Source of the DNA: an uncultured Candidatus Saccharibacteria bacterium
GTDB taxonomy: Bacteria; Patescibacteriota; Saccharimonadia; Saccharimonadales; Saccharimonadaceae
DNA length: 58,009 bases
Reading direction: 5' to 3'
NCBI GenBank assembly: GCA_964469535.1
Contig: CAYXZG010000001.1
Location: 1 to 58,009, forward strand
The translations under genes were made by a program, and so were the position numbers. Below, piece after piece: positions 26,655-37,250 of this stretch (position 1 is the first letter of the stretch; each line of letters starts with the position of its first letter). The notes under the pieces were generated by a model. It did not search any database and was not told the origin of the DNA. It saw only the letters and a program-made list of their open reading frames with translations.

Positions 26655-28601
26655 TTACCAAGTGCCACCCCCGCCGCCGCCTCCACCGCCACCGGCAAAT
26701 CCTCCACCTCCGCCGCTGCTAGACGAGCTAGAGCTAGATGACGAGACAATAGCGCTAGACGCGGAGCTGCTAACTTGGGCGATGGCGGAAGTGAAATCTT
26801 GAGCGGAGAAAGCACCGACGCCAATATACCAAGTTGGCGTAGCAACATCGTCCATTTCGTAGTAACGGCTAAGCTCATCAAGCCAACTTTTTTCAAGGTT
26901 AAAAATGAGGGCGTAAGGCAGCAGTTTTTCATAGAGCTTGACGATTCCAGCGTGCGTAGTGTCAGCGCCTTTGACGCTTTGGAGCATTTGCAGACGTTCT
27001 GTTTCGGCCATTTTCATGTATTCTTTAAGGCCGTCAAGATAGCGAGAGTATTCGAGGCCTTTCAGGGTGCGTTTTTCGTAACGCGAGACGTTGATCTGAA
27101 CGACGAGGAGAAAAATAGCAACACCAAGAGTAATGAGTATTAGCAGTGGGATCATGATTTCGGCATGCGGTAAGACGACGTAGCTCGGGAGGGTACTTTC
27201 ATCGAGGGCAATGAGTGCGGCTACGATCCACCCGATTACCCAAATGACCATGAGAAGGAGTATAAAGACGGACAAGTGTCGAGGGGCGGAATGCGAGATT
27301 GGGGCAAAGTTGGCAGAGTCGGCAGTCTTGAGCGTTTTCTTAGTCGGTTCAAAAAGTCCCTGCAATTCGAGTTGCTGCTTGATGTTTGTTTCAAATTCTT
27401 CACCAAGTTTGACGAGAGCTGAGTTCGAGGTGTGCGAACACAGGACGATTTCCTGGTTGATGCGAATCGGCGCATTGCTGCCAGCGAGAATTTGTAGAAC
27501 GATAAGCTGCTGCCTAGTTAGGGCTTCGGATTTAACGCGAATCGTCCAAGCGTTACTTTTCTTTCCGAAAAGCCCTGACTGCTCAGTTTTGACGAGTTCA
27601 ACTTTGTGGTTGACGGCGAGATCAATGAGGGTGGCAACTTGTTTACTGCCATAAGTTTGGCCGATATAGTTTTCGGCCATTTCGGCGACTGAAAAACCGA
27701 GCGGCGGAGTATACTCTGGCTTAATAAAGAGTCCTTTGTAGTATTTGCGCTTTGAGTCGACGCTATACCAAGCATAGATTGCGAAGATAGATATTATAAT
27801 TCCGAGGCCGGCGGCGACGATTGTCATGGTCATCAAGCGATTGTCAACATAGAGTTTTGTATCAAGAGTATAACCGTTGTCGTTAGTTTTGAAAGTGTTA
27901 GGAGCGAAGGCGATATCGAAAGTTAAACTTTCATGGGCGCGCAAAGATTCTGTGGTAAACTCCAAACCATCATCGATTTTAGTAATAGTGCATTTTTCTC
28001 GCGCCACGCTGCCATATGCACCAGTGTAGCACCAGCTTTTATTCGTATAGGCATGGTTGAGATCTTTGCCAAAGTGTACGCGCGCAGTGAGGCGCGAAAA
28101 GCCTTTTGACCAATCGCTGCCGTTGGCATTCCAGTATAGGGTCTGAAAATTTTGGTCGGATTCGGTAATGACGTTGCGGTAGGTGTATTCAAGTTTGTAG
28201 ACTTGGGTGCCGGAAACGGTGCGATTGGCGTTGCCGATGCGAATGTCGAAATAGTCTGCTTCCGTTTGAATCAGGGCAATATCTTCGGGCTTACCATTGC
28301 GAGTTGCTGTAAGATCGAGTGTTTTTTGGTGGGAAAGATCTTCGATTCCGGTGAATGGCAAGGTGCGCGTGAGGCCATGCTCTGCGCTGTCATCCGGAAA
28401 AACGGCAGTAATTTCTTCAACAACGCGGAGGCTAGACGAGCCATCGTTTTCTTTGTTTAGATAATAATCGGCAACAAAGCTGCGAAAGTAAGATTGTTGA
28501 GCGACCGCTGAAGCTGGAACCTGAGCGATTAAGCTGACAACGACACAAACAGCCGCTAGGTTTATGTTAAAAAGTGTTCTGAAACAATAGTTTTTATTCA
28601 T
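26655..28601 (-). CDS. DUF2207-family membrane protein
   Basis: YWNANG..W, CYTG, ATLIDLA, YEKLLPYA, Ser/Gly tail GGGFAGGGGGGGGGGTW. Confidence 0.88.
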   Translation of the reverse strand: MNKNYCFRTLFNINLAAVCVVVSLIAQVPASAVAQQSYFRSFVADYYLNKENDGSSSLRVVEEITAVFPDDSAEHGLTRTLPFTGIEDLSHQKTLDLTATRNGKPEDIALIQTEADYFDIRIGNANRTVSGTQVYKLEYTYRNVITESDQNFQTLYWNANGSDWSKGFSRLTARVHFGKDLNHAYTNKSWCYTGAYGSVAREKCTITKIDDGLEFTTESLRAHESLTFDIAFAPNTFKTNDNGYTLDTKLYVDNRLMTMTIVAAGLGIIISIFAIYAWYSVDSKRKYYKGLFIKPEYTPPLGFSVAEMAENYIGQTYGSKQVATLIDLAVNHKVELVKTEQSGLFGKKSNAWTIRVKSEALTRQQLIVLQILAGSNAPIRINQEIVLCSHTSNSALVKLGEEFETNIKQQLELQGLFEPTKKTLKTADSANFAPISHSAPRHLSVFILLLMVIWVIGWIVAALIALDESTLPSYVVLPHAEIMIPLLILITLGVAIFLLVVQINVSRYEKRTLKGLEYSRYLDGLKEYMKMAETERLQMLQSVKGADTTHAGIVKLYEKLLPYALIFNLEKSWLDELSRYYEMDDVATPTWYIGVGAFSAQDFTSAIAQVSSSASSAIVSSSSSSSSSSGGGGGFAGGGGGGGGGGTW

Positions 28602-28628
28602 AGGATTTTCAATTCCGCTACTGCTGTA

Positions 28629-29543
28629 CTAGAGATCGTGGATCTGTTTAATAGTATTAGAGATGGCATTGACGGATTTTTGGAATGCGATTCCCTCCTG
28701 CTCGGTCATCTTGATGTTTAGGCGGCGGATGACTCCTTGGCGTCCGATGACGGCTGGAAAACCATTAAAAACTCCGGTGTTGTCATCCAACGATGAGACA
28801 GGAAGGACGCGCCGTTCGTCATTTAAAATACAGTTCAAAAGTTGAACAACACAGGCGCCGATACCGTAGTGGGTGGCGCCCTTTTTCTGGATGATGTCGT
28901 AAGCCTTGTTGCGGACGGATTTTTCAATGGTTTTGCGCTCGGCGGCAGGGAGGAGGTTGGTGATTTTTTCACCACCGATGGTCGCCGTCGACCAGAGCGT
29001 AAATTCGCTATCGCCATGCTCGCCGATTTGATAGGCGTGGACGGATTTTGGATGAACGGCGAGGCGCTCGGCAAGACGAAAACGCAAGCGTGCCGAATCA
29101 AGAATGGTGCCACTGCCAATAATGCGTTCGGCGGGTAAATGCGAGTAGTTCCAGGTGAGGAAGCTGAGCGTGTCGACTGGATTGGAGACGACGAGAAAAA
29201 TCCCGTCAAAGCCATTATCCATCACAGAAGTGACGACGCTTTGGAGGATATTGGCGTTGGTCTGGACGAGATCGGTACGGGTTTCGCCAGGTTTTTGGCT
29301 AGCGCCAGCGGTGATGACGCAGATATCGCAGCTAGAGACTTCCTCGTAGCCGCCGGCACGTACGCGCACAAAACTAGGCGCGACGGCAATAGCGTCGGAA
29401 AGGTCCATGGCTTCGCCTTCGGCATCGGCCATATTAATGTCGGTTAGTATTATTTCGGTGACGGGTGTGCGTTGGTTAAGGATGGCGTAAGCAATACTCG
29501 CACCAACGTTCCCCGTTCCGACGATCATTATTTTTCCACTCAT
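28629..29543 (-). CDS. ldh: L-lactate dehydrogenase
   Basis: GTGNVG, GASQKPGETR (Gln specificity residue), NPVD, LDSARLR, GEHGDS. Confidence 0.9.
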   Translation of the reverse strand: MSGKIMIVGTGNVGASIAYAILNQRTPVTEIILTDINMADAEGEAMDLSDAIAVAPSFVRVRAGGYEEVSSCDICVITAGASQKPGETRTDLVQTNANILQSVVTSVMDNGFDGIFLVVSNPVDTLSFLTWNYSHLPAERIIGSGTILDSARLRFRLAERLAVHPKSVHAYQIGEHGDSEFTLWSTATIGGEKITNLLPAAERKTIEKSVRNKAYDIIQKKGATHYGIGACVVQLLNCILNDERRVLPVSSLDDNTGVFNGFPAVIGRQGVIRRLNIKMTEQEGIAFQKSVNAISNTIKQIHDL

Positions 29544-29604
29544 GTTAATTTTTATTTTAGCATACTTCAGCAACTGCGACATGGTCTTATGCTATAATGG
29601 CGGT

Positions 29605-30198
29605 ATGGCAAAACTTTATTTCAAATACGGCGCGATGGGGTGCGGAAAGACTATGAACTTAATACAAACAGCTTTTAATTATGTGGAGCGTGGTCATAAG
29701 GTGTGCGTTGCAAAGCCCTTAACGGATACAAAAAACGGCACGAAGCTGATGACTCGAATCGGCATGGAGCGCGATACGGATTTTGTGTTTGATAAAAAGG
29801 AAGATCTGTTCAAATTAATTCGCGACAAGTTTGCAGATGTGAGTTGTGTTTTGATAGACGAGGCACAATTTTTGACGTCGGCGCAGGTTGATCAGTTGAT
29901 GATGGTCGTGATCGATCTGAATATTCCCGTGATGTGCTATGGTCTGCGGCTCAATTTCCGGCAAACGGATGGCGGTTTCGAAGGTGCGACGCGTCTACTA
30001 CAAGTTGCGCATATTATTGACGAAATTAAGACGATTTGCGACTGTGGAAGAAAAGCCATGCTTAACACGCGTTTTTTGGACGGAAAAATCGTGACAGACG
30101 GGCCAGACGTTCTGATTGATGACGGAAAGACCAAAATAGAATACCGAGCGCTTTGCCCGGTATGCTATCAACGTTTTTTGAGAGAAAACCGTCGTTAG
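29605..30198 (+). CDS. tdk: Thymidine kinase
   Basis: YGAMGCGKT, IDEAQF, YGL, CDCG...CPVC. Confidence 0.93.
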   Translation: MAKLYFKYGAMGCGKTMNLIQTAFNYVERGHKVCVAKPLTDTKNGTKLMTRIGMERDTDFVFDKKEDLFKLIRDKFADVSCVLIDEAQFLTSAQVDQLMMVVIDLNIPVMCYGLRLNFRQTDGGFEGATRLLQVAHIIDEIKTICDCGRKAMLNTRFLDGKIVTDGPDVLIDDGKTKIEYRALCPVCYQRFLRENRR

Positions 30199-31652
30199 GA
30201 TTTTTTGCTCTTGATAATTGGGAACGGTACAGCCTCGCGGCCACTGACGCCTTCGAGTAGCCAGAAATTGCGTTCGCTGTTGCCCCAACCGCAAGCTGGC
30301 GGCATACCGTATTCAAGCATTTCAACGAAGTCCATGTCGAGCATTTGAGCCTCGTTGTCGCCGGCGTCGCGCATGGCCTGTTGCTCGAGAAAACGATTAA
30401 GCTGGTCAATCGGATCATTAAGCTCGCTGAAGCCGTTGCCCATTTCGGTGCCAGCGATGATGGGGTGGAAGCGCTGCGTGACGAGCGGATTTTCGGGAAG
30501 CTTCTTAGCGAGAGGGCTCAGACTGAGCGGTTCTTCGATCAGCCAGTAAGGCCCGGCTGAAGTGCGACGGATAATCTTCCAGAGATTGTCGAGGACGCGC
30601 GAATCAGCGACGGAAGGATCGAGCTGAATATCGTGCTCTCGGAGAATTTTGAAGGCTTTTTCACGATCAAGCTTGAAGACATCAATGTCAAATTCTTTGC
30701 GGAGCAGATCAGCATATTTAATGCGTGGCCAAGTTTGATCGAGGTCGACCTCGAAGCCGCCGACATTGAATTTGAGCGTGCCCCAGGTTTCGCGGGCGAC
30801 ATACTTGATCATTTCTTCGTAAAAGGCCATGCCATCTTCGTAATTTTCGTAGGCCGCATAGGATTCCATGGCAACATGCTCGGGCAGATGCTCGTCGTCG
30901 ACGCCTTCGTTGCGAAAGCGAGGCCCAATATCAAAGACTTTGTCAAAGCCGCCGCCAAGAAGGCGTTTCAATGGCAATTCATGAGAAATGCGTAGATAAT
31001 AATCCTCATCAAGTGCGTTCATGTGCGTGACGAACGGTGTCGCATCGGCGCCCCCAGTGGTTTTTTCGAGGATAGGGATATTGATTTCGACGAAGCCGGC
31101 ACGAGTCAGATATTCGCGAGTGGCTTGCCAAAATTTCGAGCGGCGCACGAGACGTTCGCGAACCTCGGGGTTAACGTTCATGTCAACATAGCGACGGCGA
31201 TAGCGCTCTTCTTTGTTTGTGAAGCCGTCATAGCCCGGAAGTGGACGTAAGGATTTGGTCAATAGGCGCACTTCGTCGGCAAAAACCGAAATTTCACCTG
31301 TGCTAGAGCGTCCGACTTTGCCTTCAGCTTCAATAAAATCGCCCGTATCAAGTAAGCGCAGCTTATCAAGTCCAAAATGCCCTTCGCGGACGGTATCGGT
31401 TTTTTTCATAAAGACTTGAATTTCACCAAAATAGTCGCGAACTTTGAGAAAAGCAATTTTACCAAAGGAACGGATAGCAGTAATACGGCCAGCGATGCAA
31501 ACGACTTGGCCATCTTTTTCTTCAAAATGATTCAGGATGGTTGAAATTTTTGTGTTACGATAGGACTTGGCAGGATAGGGATCGATGCCGAGGGCGCGAA
31601 TCTCTTCAAGTTTTTTGATGCGTTCGTTGCGATAATCGTTTAGTGTCGTCAT
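30195..31652 (-). CDS. lysS: Lysine--tRNA ligase (class II)
   Basis: OB fold, RYRRRYVD, GGADATPF, FRNEG, NGFSELNDP, EYGMPP. Confidence 0.96.
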   Translation of the reverse strand: MTTLNDYRNERIKKLEEIRALGIDPYPAKSYRNTKISTILNHFEEKDGQVVCIAGRITAIRSFGKIAFLKVRDYFGEIQVFMKKTDTVREGHFGLDKLRLLDTGDFIEAEGKVGRSSTGEISVFADEVRLLTKSLRPLPGYDGFTNKEERYRRRYVDMNVNPEVRERLVRRSKFWQATREYLTRAGFVEINIPILEKTTGGADATPFVTHMNALDEDYYLRISHELPLKRLLGGGFDKVFDIGPRFRNEGVDDEHLPEHVAMESYAAYENYEDGMAFYEEMIKYVARETWGTLKFNVGGFEVDLDQTWPRIKYADLLRKEFDIDVFKLDREKAFKILREHDIQLDPSVADSRVLDNLWKIIRRTSAGPYWLIEEPLSLSPLAKKLPENPLVTQRFHPIIAGTEMGNGFSELNDPIDQLNRFLEQQAMRDAGDNEAQMLDMDFVEMLEYGMPPACGWGNSERNFWLLEGVSGREAVPFPIIKSKKS

Positions 31653-31696
31653 GTACTATATTATAGCATGTTTTCGGCGACTAGAATAGGAAGTTC

Positions 31697-32140
31697 TTAG
31701 CTAATGGCGTTAATCGTGACTTTCTTGCCATTAAATTCGAACGTGTCATCGGTTTTGCGGCCGAGAAGCTGCTTACCTAGTGGCGACTCATGAGAAATTT
31801 TACCTTCAAGAGGATTCGCTTCGACGGGCCCGACGACGGTATAAGTGAACTTTTTGCCAGACATAGTGATTTCAACGGTTGAGCCGATATTGACTTTGTC
31901 AGATTTGCGCGATTTGATCAAGACGGCGTTTTTGAGAGTTTCCTGGATTTCCAGAATGCGATTCTCGACGTTCTTCTGTTCGGCACGAGCATCCGTATAC
32001 TCTTGGTTCTCAGAGAGGTCACCAAAAGCGCGGGCGGTTGCTAAACGCTCAGCAATAGCGGGCCTTTGGGCAATGAGATCGGCTAATTCTTGTTCTAATT
32101 CGGCGTAGCCTGCCGGAGTAAGGTTAATTGTCTTTTTCAT
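31697..32140 (-). CDS. greA: Transcription elongation factor GreA
   Basis: ARAFGDLSENQEY, ISHESPLG. Confidence 0.94.
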   Translation of the reverse strand: MKKTINLTPAGYAELEQELADLIAQRPAIAERLATARAFGDLSENQEYTDARAEQKNVENRILEIQETLKNAVLIKSRKSDKVNIGSTVEITMSGKKFTYTVVGPVEANPLEGKISHESPLGKQLLGRKTDDTFEFNGKKVTINAIS

Positions 32141-32244
32141 AACTATGAAGAGTTTATCATTCTTATGAAAAAAAGTAAAGTTTTTCAACTACCTCCTGAT
32201 CGCGATACTTTTTATTGCCAAAACAGTGGTTTAATACAAAACTA

Positions 32245-32273
32245 TTGACTTTTCTCATGATCTGTGATACAAT
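32245..32273 (+). promoter_or_regulatory. Sigma70-type promoter
   Basis: TTGACT-N17-TACAAT upstream of the orphan gene at 32372. Confidence 0.65.
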
Positions 32274-32371
32274 GGAGAGATAAGGCTACTGCCTGGTTCT
32301 TTTTGATTTCTAGATAGCTTTAAGGATCTTGGACTTCAAGAGAAGTGGCGGGGCGATTTCAAGGAGGTAAG

Positions 32372-33124
32372 ATGATGAGCAAAAAGACAAAAGAGACGAA
32401 GCCGAATGTTGGTGAGATGGTAAAAACATGGGTGTACCGTCACCGCTTCGGGCTCGGTCTGACGGTATGCTGGCTGATTCTGCTGGTGGCGGTGCTGGAA
32501 TTCTACCAGGCGCGCCAACTTTCTCTAGTGGCGGATGAAAAGCTGGCGCAGGCCGAAGAGATGCGCGCAGGAGCGACAGGCGTGCTGAATGCTTTTCAAA
32601 TGACGGGAGATGTGATGCTCTGGGTCGATGAGGACGGCGAGGAGACCTATTTCTATTGTGCGGACCTCACGCTGAGCCCCGAGCATGATCCGGACACAAA
32701 TGGCTATTGGTCTCCTGGCGGCGTGCATGATGGCATAGTGACAATTCCGCCCTATAATGCGTCTGAGCCGGACAGAAAATGGTTCTTTAAAGGATCCTCC
32801 TCGCCCTACTCAGGTGGTTATGGCCAAAGGATTGAGACCTACGAGCGCGTCGTATTGGACGATCAAGTCTATGCGCTGGAGCGGACTTATTACGAAATTA
32901 ACGTGAATAATTCCAGCCGCCTGATCGCGCCGAGCTTGGAGGACTATCTTGCGGACGAGGTGAATACGCGCATCGCTTATTGTGCGAACTCAATTCCGCT
33001 GCCGAGCACGGCGTACGCGGAGGCGAGAACGGTTCGAGCGGATGAAGTTGAGATTGTCAACAAGAAAGACAAGACCTGCAACTGCTGCGCGGATTGCGAC
33101 TGCGAGACATGCCGGTGTGGCTGA
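32372..33124 (+). CDS. Orphan membrane-anchored protein with Cys-rich C-terminal tail
   Basis: SD AAGGAGGT; single TM; ends TCNCCADCDCETCRCG. Confidence 0.75.
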   Translation: MMSKKTKETKPNVGEMVKTWVYRHRFGLGLTVCWLILLVAVLEFYQARQLSLVADEKLAQAEEMRAGATGVLNAFQMTGDVMLWVDEDGEETYFYCADLTLSPEHDPDTNGYWSPGGVHDGIVTIPPYNASEPDRKWFFKGSSSPYSGGYGQRIETYERVVLDDQVYALERTYYEINVNNSSRLIAPSLEDYLADEVNTRIAYCANSIPLPSTAYAEARTVRADEVEIVNKKDKTCNCCADCDCETCRCG

Positions 33125-33205
33125 TTTAGGAATCGAGCAATTGCGCGAGGGGGTCAGGTATGCATATCGCAAAATGTTGTCTATTTGGCGCTGAAAGGTT
33201 GCGTT

Positions 33206-33236
33206 CGGGGCCGGCTAAAGCCGGCCCCGCATTTTA
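33206..33236. terminator. Terminator hairpin between convergent genes
   Basis: CGGGGCCGGCT-AA-AGCCGGCCCCG then ATTTT. Confidence 0.7.
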
Positions 33237-33298
33237 TTCTAGAGCTTTGCTTGCTTGAGAATTTTATTGAACCTGAGGACAGACGCTCTTTCTACGGC

Positions 33299-34516
33299 TT
33301 ACAATTCGGCAAGCGGCAGAAGCCGGCTTTCGCCAGTGTGGCGATCGATGACTTCGGCGACATTCTCGGAGAGAGTTTTGTCGCTGATCACTACGCGTTG
33401 AGGGATACCAAGCAATTCGGCGTCGACAAATTTTTCGCCCGGACGCAAATCACGATCATCGAAAAGCGTAACGTCTTGATGCTTTTGATAAAAGGCTTCG
33501 GCTTGCTTCGTGCCAGCGTCACCGATGCCGATAAGATAGTATTGATATGGAGCGATGCTCTCCGGCCAGATGAGACCTTTGTCGTCGGCGAATTTCTCGG
33601 CAATGACGCCCATGAGACGTGAAACACCAATGCCATAACAGCCCATAAGGACAGGTCTACGCCCACCATCTCTGTCATTAAAGTCGAGACCGAGCGGAGC
33701 AGTGTATTTCGTTTTGAGCGTAAAGATGTTACCGACTTCGGCAGCTCGAATCGACTGTAAGTCTTCACGTTTGACGCCGAGTTCGCCCAAGACTTCGTCG
33801 TTTAGGACCTCTTCATTCAAAACTACACTTTTGTCTTGATTATAATAAATCGTATCTTCGCCAACTTCGACGACGGTTTGAAACTCATGGCTATATTTCG
33901 AGAAAACGCCACCGCTCGCGAAGGTCTGATAGGTACAATCGCCGATGCCGAGACGTTCATAAATACGCTTATAGGACTGTTCGACTTGGTGATAAAATGC
34001 GTCGTGCGTAGCTTCGTCGGCACTGTAGCTATAAAGATCCTTCATGATGAACTCGCGCGTACGCATGATACCAGATTTAGCGCGCAGCTCATTGCGGAAT
34101 TTAGTTTGGAATTGATAGACATAAATCGGGAGATCCTTATAGCTGGAAACATAAGATTTGAGCAGGTTCGTCATCGGTTCTTCGTGGGTCGGAGCGAGAC
34201 CGAGCTCGCCACCGGCTGCTAGTTGCGTGCGAAACCAAATATCCATCTTCTCAATATCCCAGCGATCGGTTTTTTGCCAAGGTTCAGGATTTTGGAGAGT
34301 TGACATCAGAACTTCTTGACAGCCGATACGATTCAGCTCTTCACGAATGATGGCTTTAATTTTGTCAAGCACAAGCAAACCAAGCGGTAGATAATCGTAA
34401 ACTCCGGCAAGTTCTTTATGGACGTAACCGGCACGACAAAGATATTGCGCACCACGTGCAGACTCCTCTTTTGGGGCGGAGCGGAGAGTTTTGATGAATG
34501 ATTGACTTAGACGCAT
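33299..34516 (-). CDS. proS: Proline--tRNA ligase (short form lacking editing domain)
   Basis: MRLSQ, LAPTHEE, KFRNELR, REFIMKD.YS, EVGNIF, MGCYGIGVSR. Confidence 0.95.
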   Translation of the reverse strand: MRLSQSFIKTLRSAPKEESARGAQYLCRAGYVHKELAGVYDYLPLGLLVLDKIKAIIREELNRIGCQEVLMSTLQNPEPWQKTDRWDIEKMDIWFRTQLAAGGELGLAPTHEEPMTNLLKSYVSSYKDLPIYVYQFQTKFRNELRAKSGIMRTREFIMKDLYSYSADEATHDAFYHQVEQSYKRIYERLGIGDCTYQTFASGGVFSKYSHEFQTVVEVGEDTIYYNQDKSVVLNEEVLNDEVLGELGVKREDLQSIRAAEVGNIFTLKTKYTAPLGLDFNDRDGGRRPVLMGCYGIGVSRLMGVIAEKFADDKGLIWPESIAPYQYYLIGIGDAGTKQAEAFYQKHQDVTLFDDRDLRPGEKFVDAELLGIPQRVVISDKTLSENVAEVIDRHTGESRLLPLAEL

Positions 34517-34556
34517 AATGGGTTAATTATAACACGAAAGACCTAGAATGTTGAAA

Positions 34557-35438
34557 TTAAAAGCCGCCGATGTAGATGCTATAAAATGCGATACCGTTGG
34601 TGAGAATATGGAGGAGAATACCAGCCCAGATCGAGCCAGTGGTTTCACGAAGAAAGCAGAGGATGAAACTGAGCACGAAGACCCTGACAGAAACATTCCA
34701 TTGACCATGGAGAAAAGCGAAGAGTAGCGAAGTGATCAAGATAGCAGGCAAGATCTTTAGATGGTCGCGTAGTTTGCCATAAAGCCAACCCCGCATCAGG
34801 ATTTCTTCGGCGATAGGCGCAAGAAAGACAATGGCGAGCATGGCGTAGATCCGATCAAAACCGGCAATGTAGCCAGAAAAGCCTACGTCTTGGGTTTGAT
34901 CGGGGTTGAACCACGGGAAAACGCTCATCAAGTTGACGATTAGCCCTGCGATAACTCCGTAAACAACGTAGCCAATCGGGGCGAGGCCGATATCGACGAA
35001 CGTAATCGGTTGCGAAACGCCAAGCTCCTCGGGATTGGTTGCGATAGTGTAGGTTTGCAGGCTGAGAGGTTTGCTAGATTCTTCTAGGTTGGCAGTTTTC
35101 TCGGAGGGACTATTTTTCCTGAGCTTCCTAGAGTTGGATTTTCTGACGGCATGGCGTTTTTGAGCTCTAGCGCAGACGCTTTGGATGATACGATATAGGT
35201 AAGGCGGAGCGACAATGATCAAAACGAGCATAAGCGCGTATGACAAAAGGTAATAAACCAGCATCCAGAACGGTAAAGTAATGCGTTCACCAAGAATGAG
35301 AATCATCGGCTGAAGAACGACGAATTGGCTCAAAGTGAGCGATAGACCGGCCCAGAGTGTAACAAGGCAAACGTACTCGATCTTGCGCCAATCGAGGCGA
35401 AAACGACGGAGTTTGGCGAAGTGTCTTCCTGTGGTCAT
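34557..35438 (-). CDS. CPBP (CAAX/Abi) family intramembrane metalloprotease
   Basis: APIAEEILMRG, FAFLH, ILLHILTN. Confidence 0.88.
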   Translation of the reverse strand: MTTGRHFAKLRRFRLDWRKIEYVCLVTLWAGLSLTLSQFVVLQPMILILGERITLPFWMLVYYLLSYALMLVLIIVAPPYLYRIIQSVCARAQKRHAVRKSNSRKLRKNSPSEKTANLEESSKPLSLQTYTIATNPEELGVSQPITFVDIGLAPIGYVVYGVIAGLIVNLMSVFPWFNPDQTQDVGFSGYIAGFDRIYAMLAIVFLAPIAEEILMRGWLYGKLRDHLKILPAILITSLLFAFLHGQWNVSVRVFVLSFILCFLRETTGSIWAGILLHILTNGIAFYSIYIGGF

Positions 35439-35440
35439 AG

Positions 35441-36679
35441 CTAGAAAAGTTTCATGACGTCTAAGACGGTAATAATCACGATCAGCCCAAGTAGTACGGC
35501 GAAGGCGCGGGAAACGATTTTTTCCTCGGTTTCTTTGGTGAGTTTTTTGTGACGAAGTTTATAAATGGCAATGAGTAGCCACCGACCACCGTCAAGCGCT
35601 GGGATTGGCAAAACGTTCATGCAGGCAAGGGAGACGGAGATCAGAGCGGCGAGAAAAGCTAGGTTCGTTGCACCGGCACTGACGAACTGCGGAAAAATAA
35701 CGCCAACGATCCCTACCGGGCCAGAGACGGAGTCACCAGCATCGGCCAGCTCGTTACGACCAACCTCGCGAACTTCTTCGTTAAAGCTGAACTGCCGTAC
35801 TACTCCGGAAACGACATTCCAAACGAGATCGCCTAGGCTACGGAAAGTTTCGCCAGTGAGCTGAAGTGTAGTGCCAATTCCGACGATTGGTGCAGACCAG
35901 GTTGAACGGACGAGAGTCTGTCCGTAGCTCTCAATCGAAACGCCGAGGACATAAGGCGCATCGTGGTCGTTCAGTTTTACGGATAACTCCTGCTCGGCGT
36001 CGTCACGACGGATTTTGTAAGTAACAGTTTCGCCGGCGTGAGCGTCGCCAATCGAGATAACCTCAGGAGCGGAGGCAACACTTTCGCCATTGACGGCGAT
36101 AATTTCGTCACTAGGCTGAAAGCCGGCTTGGGCGGCAGGGGAACCCTCCATAACTTCGGCAACTCGCGCGAAGCGTGCAACATCGACGGCAGTAGCATCG
36201 CTATCAATCTTAAATTGGTTGGGCAAAAATTGCGGCATACCCGTCAGGGCGAGAACCGTAAGAAGGATGGCGGCGATCAACCAATTCATCAAAACGCCGC
36301 CGAAGAGGATTTTAGTTTTATTCCAGAAGCTAGTTGCTCCGAAGGTACCTTTTCGCGTGTCGGCGTCGGATTCGCCGTCCATTGCACAGAAGCCACCAAT
36401 CGGAAGATAATTAAGGCTAAAAACCAGTGAATCCTGGGGCTTTTCCCAGTCGGATTTAGGGATGCGTACCCATTTTTGTTTTTCGATTGTATCACCATTT
36501 TTATCTTTAACTTGTACGGGCCGTTTTACCCAGGCGGCAGCGCGTGGAGGAAATCCAATGCCAAATTCATTAACTTTGACCCCGCTACGTCTAGCCATGA
36601 TAAAATGTCCGAATTCGTGCGCAATCACAAGTAACATCAAAATAATTAGACCAATAATAATCCCAAAAACAATATTCAT
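35441..36679 (-). CDS. rseP: RIP metalloprotease RseP (M50, PDZ)
   Basis: HEFGH, FGIGF, PIGGFC, PDZ domain, NVLPIPALDGG. Confidence 0.92.
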   Translation of the reverse strand: MNIVFGIIIGLIILMLLVIAHEFGHFIMARRSGVKVNEFGIGFPPRAAAWVKRPVQVKDKNGDTIEKQKWVRIPKSDWEKPQDSLVFSLNYLPIGGFCAMDGESDADTRKGTFGATSFWNKTKILFGGVLMNWLIAAILLTVLALTGMPQFLPNQFKIDSDATAVDVARFARVAEVMEGSPAAQAGFQPSDEIIAVNGESVASAPEVISIGDAHAGETVTYKIRRDDAEQELSVKLNDHDAPYVLGVSIESYGQTLVRSTWSAPIVGIGTTLQLTGETFRSLGDLVWNVVSGVVRQFSFNEEVREVGRNELADAGDSVSGPVGIVGVIFPQFVSAGATNLAFLAALISVSLACMNVLPIPALDGGRWLLIAIYKLRHKKLTKETEEKIVSRAFAVLLGLIVIITVLDVMKLF

Positions 36680-36810
36680 AATCTTTATTATACTATGGTT
36701 TTCGATTTTAGGAGCTAAAAGTATGGTGTGTGTGGAAAAATCCCAAGGGACTCTATATACAACAAAGGCAGAATATCTATCATAGTATATCTACCTACTA
36801 GAGGATACTA

Positions 36811-37233
36811 CTACTGAGTGAGGCAGCGAAGGGAGTAAGCACGCTTGGGGTTGTGGCTAGAGAATTCCGTGTACCCTACAGTACGTCCGTACACATACGT
36901 GTAAATCTTTTCTTTTGCTCGACGATTAGACCAGTAAAAACCTACATCTGCTGGATCTTGCAACGAGTCAAAATTTGTATCTCTCCCATAGACCATTCCA
37001 CTAGCGTTAAGATAAAACGGCGTAATATAGGTATTATACGTTGTCCCCTCATAGGCCCAGTTGCTAGACCTATAGAAGCTATTGTCGGGAAGGATCCAGC
37101 CATAATAATTGTATAACAGACCATAGAGACTTTTCTGGACTGGAATAACATTTCCCCAATGACCACCAGTCTCAGAATCGTCAGCGATCCATTCTCTCTT
37201 TCCGCTTGGTAGTTGCCAGTGCTTAGGACAGAT
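36811..37233 (-). other. Variable cassette E: C-terminal half of FISUMP-like domain, no start codon
   Basis: ICPKHWQLPSGKREWIADDSETGGHWGNVIPVQKSLYGLLYNYYGW...AYSLRCLTQ*; in-frame TAG two codons upstream of ICP. Confidence 0.78.
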
Positions 37234-37250
37234 AAGCTAAAAAGCTAATC

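Noticed and set aside
26655-26780. GGC/AGC-rich low-complexity repeat
   Set aside because: It encodes the normal Ser/Gly tail of DUF2207 proteins and is not a contingency locus.
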